Virus record (IMG/VR): IMGVR_UViG_3300036766_000988 | Span: 186,001-250,000 of that record | Reading direction: 5' to 3' (one strand) | Length of the DNA: 64,000 nt | In this document: in pieces, positions 57,031-64,000 of the stretch | Layout: each line of letters starts with the position of its first letter | Position numbering within the stretch: position 1 is the first letter of the stretch | Notes under the pieces: generated by a model | The model's input: the letters and a program-made list of their open reading frames with translations, nothing else | Database searches by the model: none | What the model was told of the DNA's origin: nothing | Program-made: the position numbers and the translations under genes

Positions 57031-57551
57031 AGTTAGGCGACCTCGTGATGCACCTCGATCGCCATTGGATCGTGAGTCGGTACGATCCAAAGCGAACCCG
57101 AACCGCGGTGCTTCTCGCGGCTGATGGGACACAGACGGAGATTCCCCACGATCTTGATGCCATCGGCGGGGCTCAGGTCATCGCGAACCCAAGCGAGCAG
57201 TGGCCGTTCGTTGTGGTACCGCCGAAGAACGGTTATGTCATTGCAGGTATCTCGCATGCTGGGGTTGTGATCGAGCCGATTACTGGTTGGGTAGCAAGTG
57301 ATCCTACGCGTACGGGCGGCCCAGTTTTCCTCGCACCCAACCCACGGCTTCGGTACGGCGAGACGCTCCTCGTCCGTCTTCAAGGCATCAAGCGTCGGGA
57401 AATATCGACCAAGCGGGTGGACATTCCACGAGAGTTCGGGACTGTGAAGCAACGGACGGCACGTGCCGAAGCTGCACGTACGAAGCCGGAGGAAAAGGCA
57501 AACGCTTTCTCCCGCTTACTCTCGGATGACCAAATAGGGGATGACGACTGA
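57027..57551 (+). CDS. hypothetical protein
   Basis: ATGA overlap, AAGGA RBS. Confidence 0.65.
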   Translation: MKLGDLVMHLDRHWIVSRYDPKRTRTAVLLAADGTQTEIPHDLDAIGGAQVIANPSEQWPFVVVPPKNGYVIAGISHAGVVIEPITGWVASDPTRTGGPVFLAPNPRLRYGETLLVRLQGIKRREISTKRVDIPREFGTVKQRTARAEAARTKPEEKANAFSRLLSDDQIGDDD

Positions 57552-58150
57552 TGGCTCGAAAGCTCCCCATTTTCACGGAGCGAACGATCGCCGAAACGAA
57601 AGCCGATCAGATCGAGCACGAAAGGGCGTTCTCTGATCAGCTCGGGCCAGTCGTGTGCAAAGAGGGGTGTTCAAATTGCTGCTCTCATGCCGTCCATGTG
57701 ACGCTTCCTGAAGGAATCCTTGCGTACAAGGCCCTCGTCAAGAAAGGTCTCTGGACGCCAAGTCTACGCAAGAAGCTCGAAGAGCATGCAGCTCGCACGT
57801 GGGATCTTTCGGTTGTGGTCTGGCATCTATCGAACATCCCGTGTCCGCTCCTAGAGAAGGAGCGTTGCATCGTTCACGATGCCAGACCCTTCGCATGTCG
57901 GGTAACGTTCGCGCTAAGCGATCCCGCAGGGTGTCACCCTCACCGAGTGAATGACTTCCCCTCGGTGCTACCGAAGCGTGAAGCTCTCGAAGCCTTTAGC
58001 GCCAAGCAAACGCAACTCTTGCGACGCCATGGGATCCCTATGTTTCTGATGTCGCTCTCAAAAGCCATCCTTTTGGGGGAGAAGATTGCTACAGGGAACG
58101 TGGATCTCGAAAACTTCGCTCAACTTTTCGCGAAAGACCCTGTCCCATGA
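57551..58150 (+). CDS. YkgJ/UPF0153-family Fe-S or Zn cluster protein
   Basis: CKEGCSNCC, CPLL...CIVHDARPFACR. Confidence 0.85.
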   Translation: MARKLPIFTERTIAETKADQIEHERAFSDQLGPVVCKEGCSNCCSHAVHVTLPEGILAYKALVKKGLWTPSLRKKLEEHAARTWDLSVVVWHLSNIPCPLLEKERCIVHDARPFACRVTFALSDPAGCHPHRVNDFPSVLPKREALEAFSAKQTQLLRRHGIPMFLMSLSKAILLGEKIATGNVDLENFAQLFAKDPVP

Positions 58151-58437
58151 AGTGCGGTATCTGTCGTCGCGATAAAAACACCGATGATATGAAGCACATC
58201 GTCCTCACGGATGAGGAACGTGCGTTCGTGAAGCGGATGCAAGGGATCGACGAGACAGAGTACTGGTGCTGCAAGCCCTGTTACGCTGTGCTTTCGGACA
58301 AGCAGCAAGGGGCTCAGCTCATCAAAGGCACCTTGCAGGTGAACCTCACAGCAGCCGGAGTCCGAGATCCCGAGAAGTACGCCAAGAAGGTGTACGACAT
58401 GTTGATCGACAAGTCCGCCAAAAAGCCGGTTTCGTAG
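58147..58437 (+). CDS. small zinc-binding protein
   Basis: CGIC...CKPC. Confidence 0.6.
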   Translation: MKCGICRRDKNTDDMKHIVLTDEERAFVKRMQGIDETEYWCCKPCYAVLSDKQQGAQLIKGTLQVNLTAAGVRDPEKYAKKVYDMLIDKSAKKPVS

Positions 58438-58438
58438 G

Positions 58439-58663
58439 ATGATGACGCATGCCGAGTTGGAGGCAGTCGCTCGACGACGAGGGATTGTTCGCTGGTCTCC
58501 CTCCCGTCGTATCGAACGTCTCCGTCTCGGCCGTGATGGAGTCATTCTCGCCCTACGAGCCTTAACGGGAAAAGAGCACCCTCTTTGGCTTCGACGTGCC
58601 GTGTACTGGTGTATTGAGGTCGATCCCAAGCAGCCCGTCCCAGTGGGCGACTTGCTCTGGTAG
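58439..58663 (+). CDS. hypothetical protein
   Basis: 74-aa ORF in operon. Confidence 0.5.
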   Translation: MMTHAELEAVARRRGIVRWSPSRRIERLRLGRDGVILALRALTGKEHPLWLRRAVYWCIEVDPKQPVPVGDLLW

Positions 58664-59428
58664 GTGAGAACCCTGATGAATACCCAATCGCTCGAAACCG
58701 TTATCACCCAGCTCCAAAAGATCCGTCGGGAGCAGGGTGAAGAGGCGTTCCAACACGCCCTCAAGTATTTCGTGAAAGCGGGTCTTCGGGCAGGAGGTCA
58801 GTCCGAGATCTTTGTCGTGTCTCTCGCCAAGCACTTCCCTTTCGTCGATCTCGACGCTCTACGGGCAGAGATTCAAGCAGGGGTCGTGGATCCCGACATC
58901 CGCCAAGGGCCACCCCCTGAACCAAAACCCTCCGTAGCCGCTTCGGGATCGACCGCCGCAGCCCCAGGAGATGTCTTCGCCGAAGCGCTCAAGCAACAGC
59001 TCCCTGGACTCAAGAATAAAGCGCAGATGAACGCCTTCATGGCGTCCTTCGAGGCTTACCGTGAGGTGATGAACGCGATTCTCGATGGAGACCCCTTGAA
59101 AGAAGGGAAGGCTCGCGAGGCGCTCATGACTTCTTTCGAGGTTGTGCGTAAGGCGACCGAAATCTCGAACATGCTCAAGGATGTACCGGAAGCAGCGGCT
59201 TCGAAGGCGTCCGATGACTTCCGCAGTGAGCCTACCCAGTGGGGCGAGTACGACGTTCAGCGGAAGCTCCTCTCCGAGTTGGAAGGGCTCAAGCAGCTTC
59301 ATGACTTGAACGATTGGTACAAGACCAACCGTAAGCGCATCGACGAGGTTCAGACCGCTACCCTTCGCAACCCGTTGCTCGACGCGATCCGCGAGAAGAA
59401 GATGGCGCTCTCGAAAGACAGCCCGTGA
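58664..59428 (+). CDS. hypothetical protein
   Basis: 254-aa helical ORF. Confidence 0.7.
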   Translation: MRTLMNTQSLETVITQLQKIRREQGEEAFQHALKYFVKAGLRAGGQSEIFVVSLAKHFPFVDLDALRAEIQAGVVDPDIRQGPPPEPKPSVAASGSTAAAPGDVFAEALKQQLPGLKNKAQMNAFMASFEAYREVMNAILDGDPLKEGKAREALMTSFEVVRKATEISNMLKDVPEAAASKASDDFRSEPTQWGEYDVQRKLLSELEGLKQLHDLNDWYKTNRKRIDEVQTATLRNPLLDAIREKKMALSKDSP

Positions 59429-59826
59429 GCGAGCATCGGACGAAGTACGTCGTCGCGATGTACGGGGATCTCAACCGAGGAGAGCGGATGAACATCGCTG
59501 TCCTGGCGTGGGATACGCTCTTGGGGGCCACGGCGCCTGTAACGGTCCATGTCCTCGAAGACTGGTCTCGTATCCATGCAGCTTTCCCCGCAGGGGGTGA
59601 AGAGCAACAGAGGCTCGTGTCGGTGCGGCTAGAGGGGATCGAAACCTACGCCGAGTACATTCAAATCTGGACTCGTATGGGCCCCTATACGCCTTTCGAG
59701 TTCACAGAAGAACGGGGGTCTCTCGAATCCCCCGAGAAGACTGCCGCCTCGATGGCGGTGTATTTCCTCAGACAAGGACAGGATCCGCTTCGTATGGAGA
59801 AAGCGTTGATCAGCCGTCATTTCTGA
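59425..59826 (+). CDS. DUF3037-like protein
   Basis: Y..D..RGERMNIAVL. Confidence 0.5.
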   Translation: MSEHRTKYVVAMYGDLNRGERMNIAVLAWDTLLGATAPVTVHVLEDWSRIHAAFPAGGEEQQRLVSVRLEGIETYAEYIQIWTRMGPYTPFEFTEERGSLESPEKTAASMAVYFLRQGQDPLRMEKALISRHF

Positions 59827-59827
59827 T

Positions 59828-60226
59828 ATGGCAGCCGCATATAAGCCCGAGGCTACAGCGCGATCCACGCTTCAAAGTCGTAAGTGGCGTGCGGCTAACA
59901 AAGAAAGAGCCAGTGAGCTTGCTCGTGAATGGAGAGACAAACATCCCGAGCAAACAAAAGTCACAAACCGCAACAGCAAAATCAAGAAGGCATACGGACT
60001 ATCTCCTGAACAATACGATGCTAAGTTGTTGGAACAGGGTGGTGTTTGTGCAATATGCAGAGAGACGTGCGCAACAGGACACGCTCTATGTGTTGATCAC
60101 AACCACACCACGAATGCAGTCCGAGGGCTTCTCTGCAAGAAGCACAACACGATGATCAGCTACGCCAACGAAGACATCTCTACTTTGGAAGCGGCTATCG
60201 CATACCTAAGGAAGTACGGTGCATGA
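59828..60226 (+). CDS. T4 endonuclease VII-family endonuclease
   Basis: YGLS..QY...L..QGGVCAIC...LCVDHNH...VRGLLC...N. Confidence 0.85.
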   Translation: MAAAYKPEATARSTLQSRKWRAANKERASELAREWRDKHPEQTKVTNRNSKIKKAYGLSPEQYDAKLLEQGGVCAICRETCATGHALCVDHNHTTNAVRGLLCKKHNTMISYANEDISTLEAAIAYLRKYGA

Positions 60227-60615
60227 AAGTTCTTGTGTGTGGGTCTAGGGATTGGACTGATCGTAAGGCGATTGAAAGGGAGTTTAAGAAGCTCCCACCT
60301 GGAACGATCATCGTTCATGGAGCATGCCCAACGGGAGCAGACGCTCTAGCAGATGCCGCAGCGATGAAGTTCGGATTCCAGATCAGGCGCTACCCTGCGG
60401 ACTGGGATGGCGAGCTGGCGGCTACGGGATCGGCCAAGGCAGCCGGGCCGAAGCGGAACTCGAAGATGATCCGTGAGGAACACCCGGACAAGGATGGCGT
60501 GCCGATCCACATGGGCCTTGCCTTTACGCTCGACCTCTCTCGCTCCCGAGGAACCAAGGACTGTACGGAGCGTGCCCGCAAGGCAGGCATCAAGGTCGAG
60601 GTCTTCTCGGTGTAG
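60223..60615 (+). CDS. SLOG-superfamily protein (DUF2493/YspA-like)
   Basis: VLVCGSRDW, IVHGACPTGAD, YPADW, AGPKRN, SRGT. Confidence 0.85.
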   Translation: MKVLVCGSRDWTDRKAIEREFKKLPPGTIIVHGACPTGADALADAAAMKFGFQIRRYPADWDGELAATGSAKAAGPKRNSKMIREEHPDKDGVPIHMGLAFTLDLSRSRGTKDCTERARKAGIKVEVFSV

Positions 60616-60623
60616 TGCTCGCC

Positions 60624-60902
60624 ATGGTGATGGTCGCCCCCAGTCCTACGCACATCCAGGTGGCTCAACGCCTTTACGAAGCCCATCGGGTACCTGGGGA
60701 TCAGAAACCTTGGGAGCACCTATCAGACGACACCCAAGCACGCTGGGTGACGGTGGCCAAGGCTGCTGCGGCCTTGCTCTACGAACAGGCTGCGGATGAA
60801 GTCTGGGGGTTCATGGCCTCGGCGGAGGACTGCGGCAAGCAGGTAGACAAGATGACCATGTCGAGCGCTGTCGTCCACCTGAAGCGTCTATCCAAAGAAT
60901 AG
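60624..60902 (+). CDS. hypothetical protein
   Basis: GGTGTAG 8 nt upstream. Confidence 0.6.
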   Translation: MVMVAPSPTHIQVAQRLYEAHRVPGDQKPWEHLSDDTQARWVTVAKAAAALLYEQAADEVWGFMASAEDCGKQVDKMTMSSAVVHLKRLSKE

Positions 60903-60910
60903 GGGATCCC

Positions 60911-61411
60911 ATGGTGATGAACTACCTGCTCCCAGGTTTGTTGAATCCTGAGAAGCCCGCGACCGAGCATGTGGTGACGGCGGAGCCTTCCAAGGCGGCG
61001 GAGTCTCGGGATTTGGTTCCTCCCACTGTGACGAGCCCGGTTGCAGACGCGACGGCTGGGCAGGCTTTGCGGGCTGAACTGCACCTCATCGAGCACCAGA
61101 CGACTGGGCTTCCCCTACTAACCGAACAGATCGCTGGGAAGCTTGGGGTGCCCTATCTGGGGATCCTGAAAGATCGAGTCCAAGACTCGTCGATCCTGAA
61201 CTTCCCTTCGGGACTCAATCTTCCGAAGGACAAGCCGTGGCCAGAGAGCCAATTGAATGCCATCGGTAAGGTCGTCGCGCTCTACGCGATCCCTAACTCG
61301 TGGCTTCTGGGTATTCGAGGCGAACACGGTGACCGCTATCTCCGAGTCACCGATATTCAGCGGTACCGTCATATCGCGGTGTTCGAACACCTGACTGGCA
61401 TCACGGTATAG
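60911..61411 (+). CDS. hypothetical protein
   Basis: 166-aa ORF. Confidence 0.65.
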   Translation: MVMNYLLPGLLNPEKPATEHVVTAEPSKAAESRDLVPPTVTSPVADATAGQALRAELHLIEHQTTGLPLLTEQIAGKLGVPYLGILKDRVQDSSILNFPSGLNLPKDKPWPESQLNAIGKVVALYAIPNSWLLGIRGEHGDRYLRVTDIQRYRHIAVFEHLTGITV

Positions 61412-61413
61412 GC

Positions 61414-61785
61414 ATGAGTCTCATTCCATTTCTAAAAAGCCTCTTCCAGACAGCTCCGGTCAAGCCGCTGCCCGCTAAAGAGCCGGACACCCGAGGGCCA
61501 TTCACTGTCGAGGCGGGAGCCAGGATCAAATCCCATGGTAATCAGTGGGAGATCCTCAGTGTTGTTGCAGATGGGAGCACGTTCCGATTCAAAGCTCTCG
61601 CAGCGAATCCTCAAGTCGAATCGTATATCGACATCGGAGCGATCTATACATGCCATCGGCACAGCCGTCTCTATGCCAGTATGCCTCTCGTCTACGAAGT
61701 CCCTGAGAATGAGATGAAGCGCTCTACGAGCCAGCTTCTGCTTTTCATCTGGGAGACGGGGCCCGAAATCGAATTAGACTGTTAG
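61414..61785 (+). CDS. hypothetical protein
   Basis: 123-aa ORF. Confidence 0.6.
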   Translation: MSLIPFLKSLFQTAPVKPLPAKEPDTRGPFTVEAGARIKSHGNQWEILSVVADGSTFRFKALAANPQVESYIDIGAIYTCHRHSRLYASMPLVYEVPENEMKRSTSQLLLFIWETGPEIELDC

Positions 61786-61801
61786 CGGAGGGGAGAGTGC
61801 A

Positions 61802-62248
61802 ATGCCGGACGATACCAAAAACCTGAACATCCGTGGGAGAGTCGTGGGGCGTGACCACTGGACGCCGGAAGACCACGCCGAGTGGGCCCGAAGATCCAGG
61901 GCCAACGGTGAGGTACACAGGGCACGGCGCCAAGCTCTCGTCGACTTCGGTTGGGAACTCCACGACCGACGTTGCTCTCACCATCACGGCGGCGAATGGG
62001 CTCTGGATCCGCTCGGTGGGGAGCACGTCACTCACGAAGAAGCCTACCGACGTCAGGAAGAACGTCGGCCGGGTTCGATCCCGAGCTGGCCGACGTTCGA
62101 CAACGACTGGAAGCCGCCCTCATCAAACGAGGGGCTGATGACCATCAGCGAGTTGAAGATCCAGCCCCTTCAGGCACCGTCTGGGCTGATCTTCTACCAA
62201 GAATACGGTGAGATGTTCAAGGACAACGCGAAGACAGAGAAGCCATAA
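61802..62248 (+). CDS. hypothetical protein
   Basis: GGAGG RBS. Confidence 0.6.
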   Translation: MPDDTKNLNIRGRVVGRDHWTPEDHAEWARRSRANGEVHRARRQALVDFGWELHDRRCSHHHGGEWALDPLGGEHVTHEEAYRRQEERRPGSIPSWPTFDNDWKPPSSNEGLMTISELKIQPLQAPSGLIFYQEYGEMFKDNAKTEKP

Positions 62249-62271
62249 TCTACGCGTTCGTCGCCAGGGCT

Positions 62272-62550
62272 ATGATCGACCTCTTCTTTCACGCGGACTT
62301 GAACGGCATCACGTTTCAGCTCGACATCCCGTTCAAGGATCGCACAGCAAAGAAGCTGCCACGGTTCGTTTTCATGAGCTTGGACGCTCCACCTCTCAAG
62401 CCCCAGGTGATTGGGAAAGATCGCCTCTTCGCGGTCACCAGCATCCTCACTGGGCAGTCGATGCAGGCTGTCGGGCAGGAGGGCATCGGCGTGTATCGCT
62501 ACGTGGGAGACGGGCGTCGATTGATCTGGAAGGTGAAGGAACCATGTTGA
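62272..62550 (+). CDS. hypothetical protein
   Basis: 92-aa ORF. Confidence 0.55.
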   Translation: MIDLFFHADLNGITFQLDIPFKDRTAKKLPRFVFMSLDAPPLKPQVIGKDRLFAVTSILTGQSMQAVGQEGIGVYRYVGDGRRLIWKVKEPC

Positions 62551-62735
62551 AGCACATGACGGGCAAGCAGATCGCGCATCTTGCTGTAGGGTTGGGACTT
62601 CTTCTGAGCTTCGGCTTCGTTCTGTTGGCCGTCCTCATCCCCGAGGCCCGTTTGGGAGCTGCTTTAGGCGGGGGTCAGATTTTCATGGCCACAGCCGTCG
62701 GGTACGGGAAGTTCCGTCGCGCTGGGCAAGTCTGA
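62544..62735 (+). CDS. small membrane protein
   Basis: Two hydrophobic segments; AAGGA RBS. Confidence 0.55.
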   Translation: MLKHMTGKQIAHLAVGLGLLLSFGFVLLAVLIPEARLGAALGGGQIFMATAVGYGKFRRAGQV

Positions 62736-62767
62736 CGGTGTAGGGCCACCAAGACCGGGAGGTCCCT

Positions 62768-63103
62768 ATGGCCAAGCACGTCTGGAAGCGGCAGAGAAAC
62801 GACAAAGTCACGGTCCACATCTATGCGTGCAAGGGATGTGGTCGCTCGATGAAGATCCGAGCGGGTTTCGACAACATCGAGACAATGGCCCAGTGGCTCA
62901 AATATCCGGTGGAGTGTCCACGACCGGTGCCGACTCCCAAGGACTTAAAAGCTCTGTGGGAAATCGCTCGCCAATGGGTTACGACCCACCAGGTTCGAGG
63001 GCCGGAATCGGTTGACCAGGTGGATAGCGTGAACTTGGCGTGTCCTGCCCTGGCATCGGATGTTGCAGGTCTGGTCGGCTTCTACGAGGACGACATCGAA
63101 TGA
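62768..63103 (+). CDS. hypothetical protein
   Basis: GGAGG RBS; CKGC. Confidence 0.6.
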   Translation: MAKHVWKRQRNDKVTVHIYACKGCGRSMKIRAGFDNIETMAQWLKYPVECPRPVPTPKDLKALWEIARQWVTTHQVRGPESVDQVDSVNLACPALASDVAGLVGFYEDDIE

Positions 63104-63594
63104 TCCAATATCTCAAAGGCGACGCCACAGCTCCCCAGGCCAAGGGGCCCAAGCTCATCGTCCACATCGTCAATACTCTTGGAGGCTGGGGAAGTGGCTT
63201 TGTTCTTGCCATTTCGAAGCGGTGGTCGGAGCCCGAGGCTGCCTACCGGAAATGGTACAAGGACAAGTCCTATGGGAACCCTCCAGTCAAGTTCGAGCTG
63301 GGGGCCATTCAGCTCGTGCAAGTCAAGCTCGACACCACTGTAGTCAACATGGTGGCCCAACAAGGAATCGGGACAGGGAGCAACGGCCCTCCCATTCGAT
63401 ACGATGCTCTGGAGAAGTGCTTGGCAAGCGTAGCTGAGTGGGCCCAAAAGAGCGGTGCCTCTGTGCATGCCCCCAGGATTGGGTGCGCTCTTGCGGGTGG
63501 ACGTTGGAGGGAAGTTGAACCGATCCTTCAACGGACGCTGATCAAGAACGAAGTGTCTGTGACCATCTATGACTTCGGTCCCTTCAACCCCTAG
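63100..63594 (+). CDS. macro domain protein (Poa1p/TARG1-like)
   Basis: IQYLKGDAT, IVHIVN..GGWGSGF..AI, PRIGCALAGG.W. Confidence 0.88.
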   Translation: MIQYLKGDATAPQAKGPKLIVHIVNTLGGWGSGFVLAISKRWSEPEAAYRKWYKDKSYGNPPVKFELGAIQLVQVKLDTTVVNMVAQQGIGTGSNGPPIRYDALEKCLASVAEWAQKSGASVHAPRIGCALAGGRWREVEPILQRTLIKNEVSVTIYDFGPFNP

Positions 63595-63601
63595 AGAGCA
63601 C

Positions 63602-63868
63602 ATGTCGATTACCATTAGCCCAGGCGACACCTTTTACGACAAGCTGCCTGATGGGCGCTACGAGAAGTGTGTCCTTCAGCAGACGACCAACGACACCCCA
63701 GATCGGCATGCGGCGGCCCGAGGTGGTACTGGTGAGTTCTTCCGAGCCATCCCCAAGGACGAGCTTCGTGCGCTGTTGAGCAACCCGCCACCGTGCCCAC
63801 GTCTGGATGCTGCGGTGATGATCTACGATACGGATGGTCTCTTCGTGCATTTGGAGCCCGTGCTGTGA
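63602..63868 (+). CDS. hypothetical protein
   Basis: 88-aa ORF. Confidence 0.55.
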   Translation: MSITISPGDTFYDKLPDGRYEKCVLQQTTNDTPDRHAAARGGTGEFFRAIPKDELRALLSNPPPCPRLDAAVMIYDTDGLFVHLEPVL

Positions 63869-64000
63869 AACCGCATGTCGTAAAAGCGTGGGCATGCAGC
63901 TCCTGCCACAAACCATATCCGCATACCCCGTTCGGCAAGGTTGCTGCGCTGGGATGTTGTGGGTGTCGAGAATGTGGGGGTCGTGGAGAGTACACGGGCA

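Overview
The window looks like part of a large (jumbo-type) dsDNA phage or similar extrachromosomal element. GC is about 60% by eye (not computed), the standard genetic code is used, and there are no virion, rRNA or ribosomal-protein genes in view. Bases 1-34.4 kb are a minus-strand replication/recombination/nucleotide block. It holds a NusG-like domain fused in frame to a 5'-3' exonuclease (missed by the ORF track because it runs off the edge), DnaX, HolA, HolB, a beta-clamp-like protein and a primase core. It also holds a split SbcC/Rad50 plus SbcD, a Cas4-like nuclease, RecA with an N-terminal zinc ribbon, a RuvC-like resolvase, an SSB-like protein, RecD2, LigA, class II RNR, GroEL, an RNA ligase, RtcB and a tRNA-binding OB protein. 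Bases 34.6-64 kb are accessory: many small genes, an R-M-like pair, radical SAM proteins, ACP, ADP-ribose-processing enzymes, and a histone H1-like protein. The most notable signals are: (1) a 0.5-kb run of four tandem structured RNAs at 26.38-26.90 kb, including a 107-nt tRNA with a Trp (CCA) anticodon, alanine acceptor determinants (G3-U70, A73) and a 30-nt hairpin inserted in its D-loop; (2) a recurrent promoter-like motif YTGAAC-N13-GGYGTA(G) whose downstream element lies 7-9 nt before many start codons and 8-9 nt before two RNA stems; (3) the NusG-exonuclease fusion; (4) a short motif [TSN]A[WF]xR[ILV]xx[DE][DE] shared by four unrelated proteins. All calls come from manual motif reading; no searches were run.
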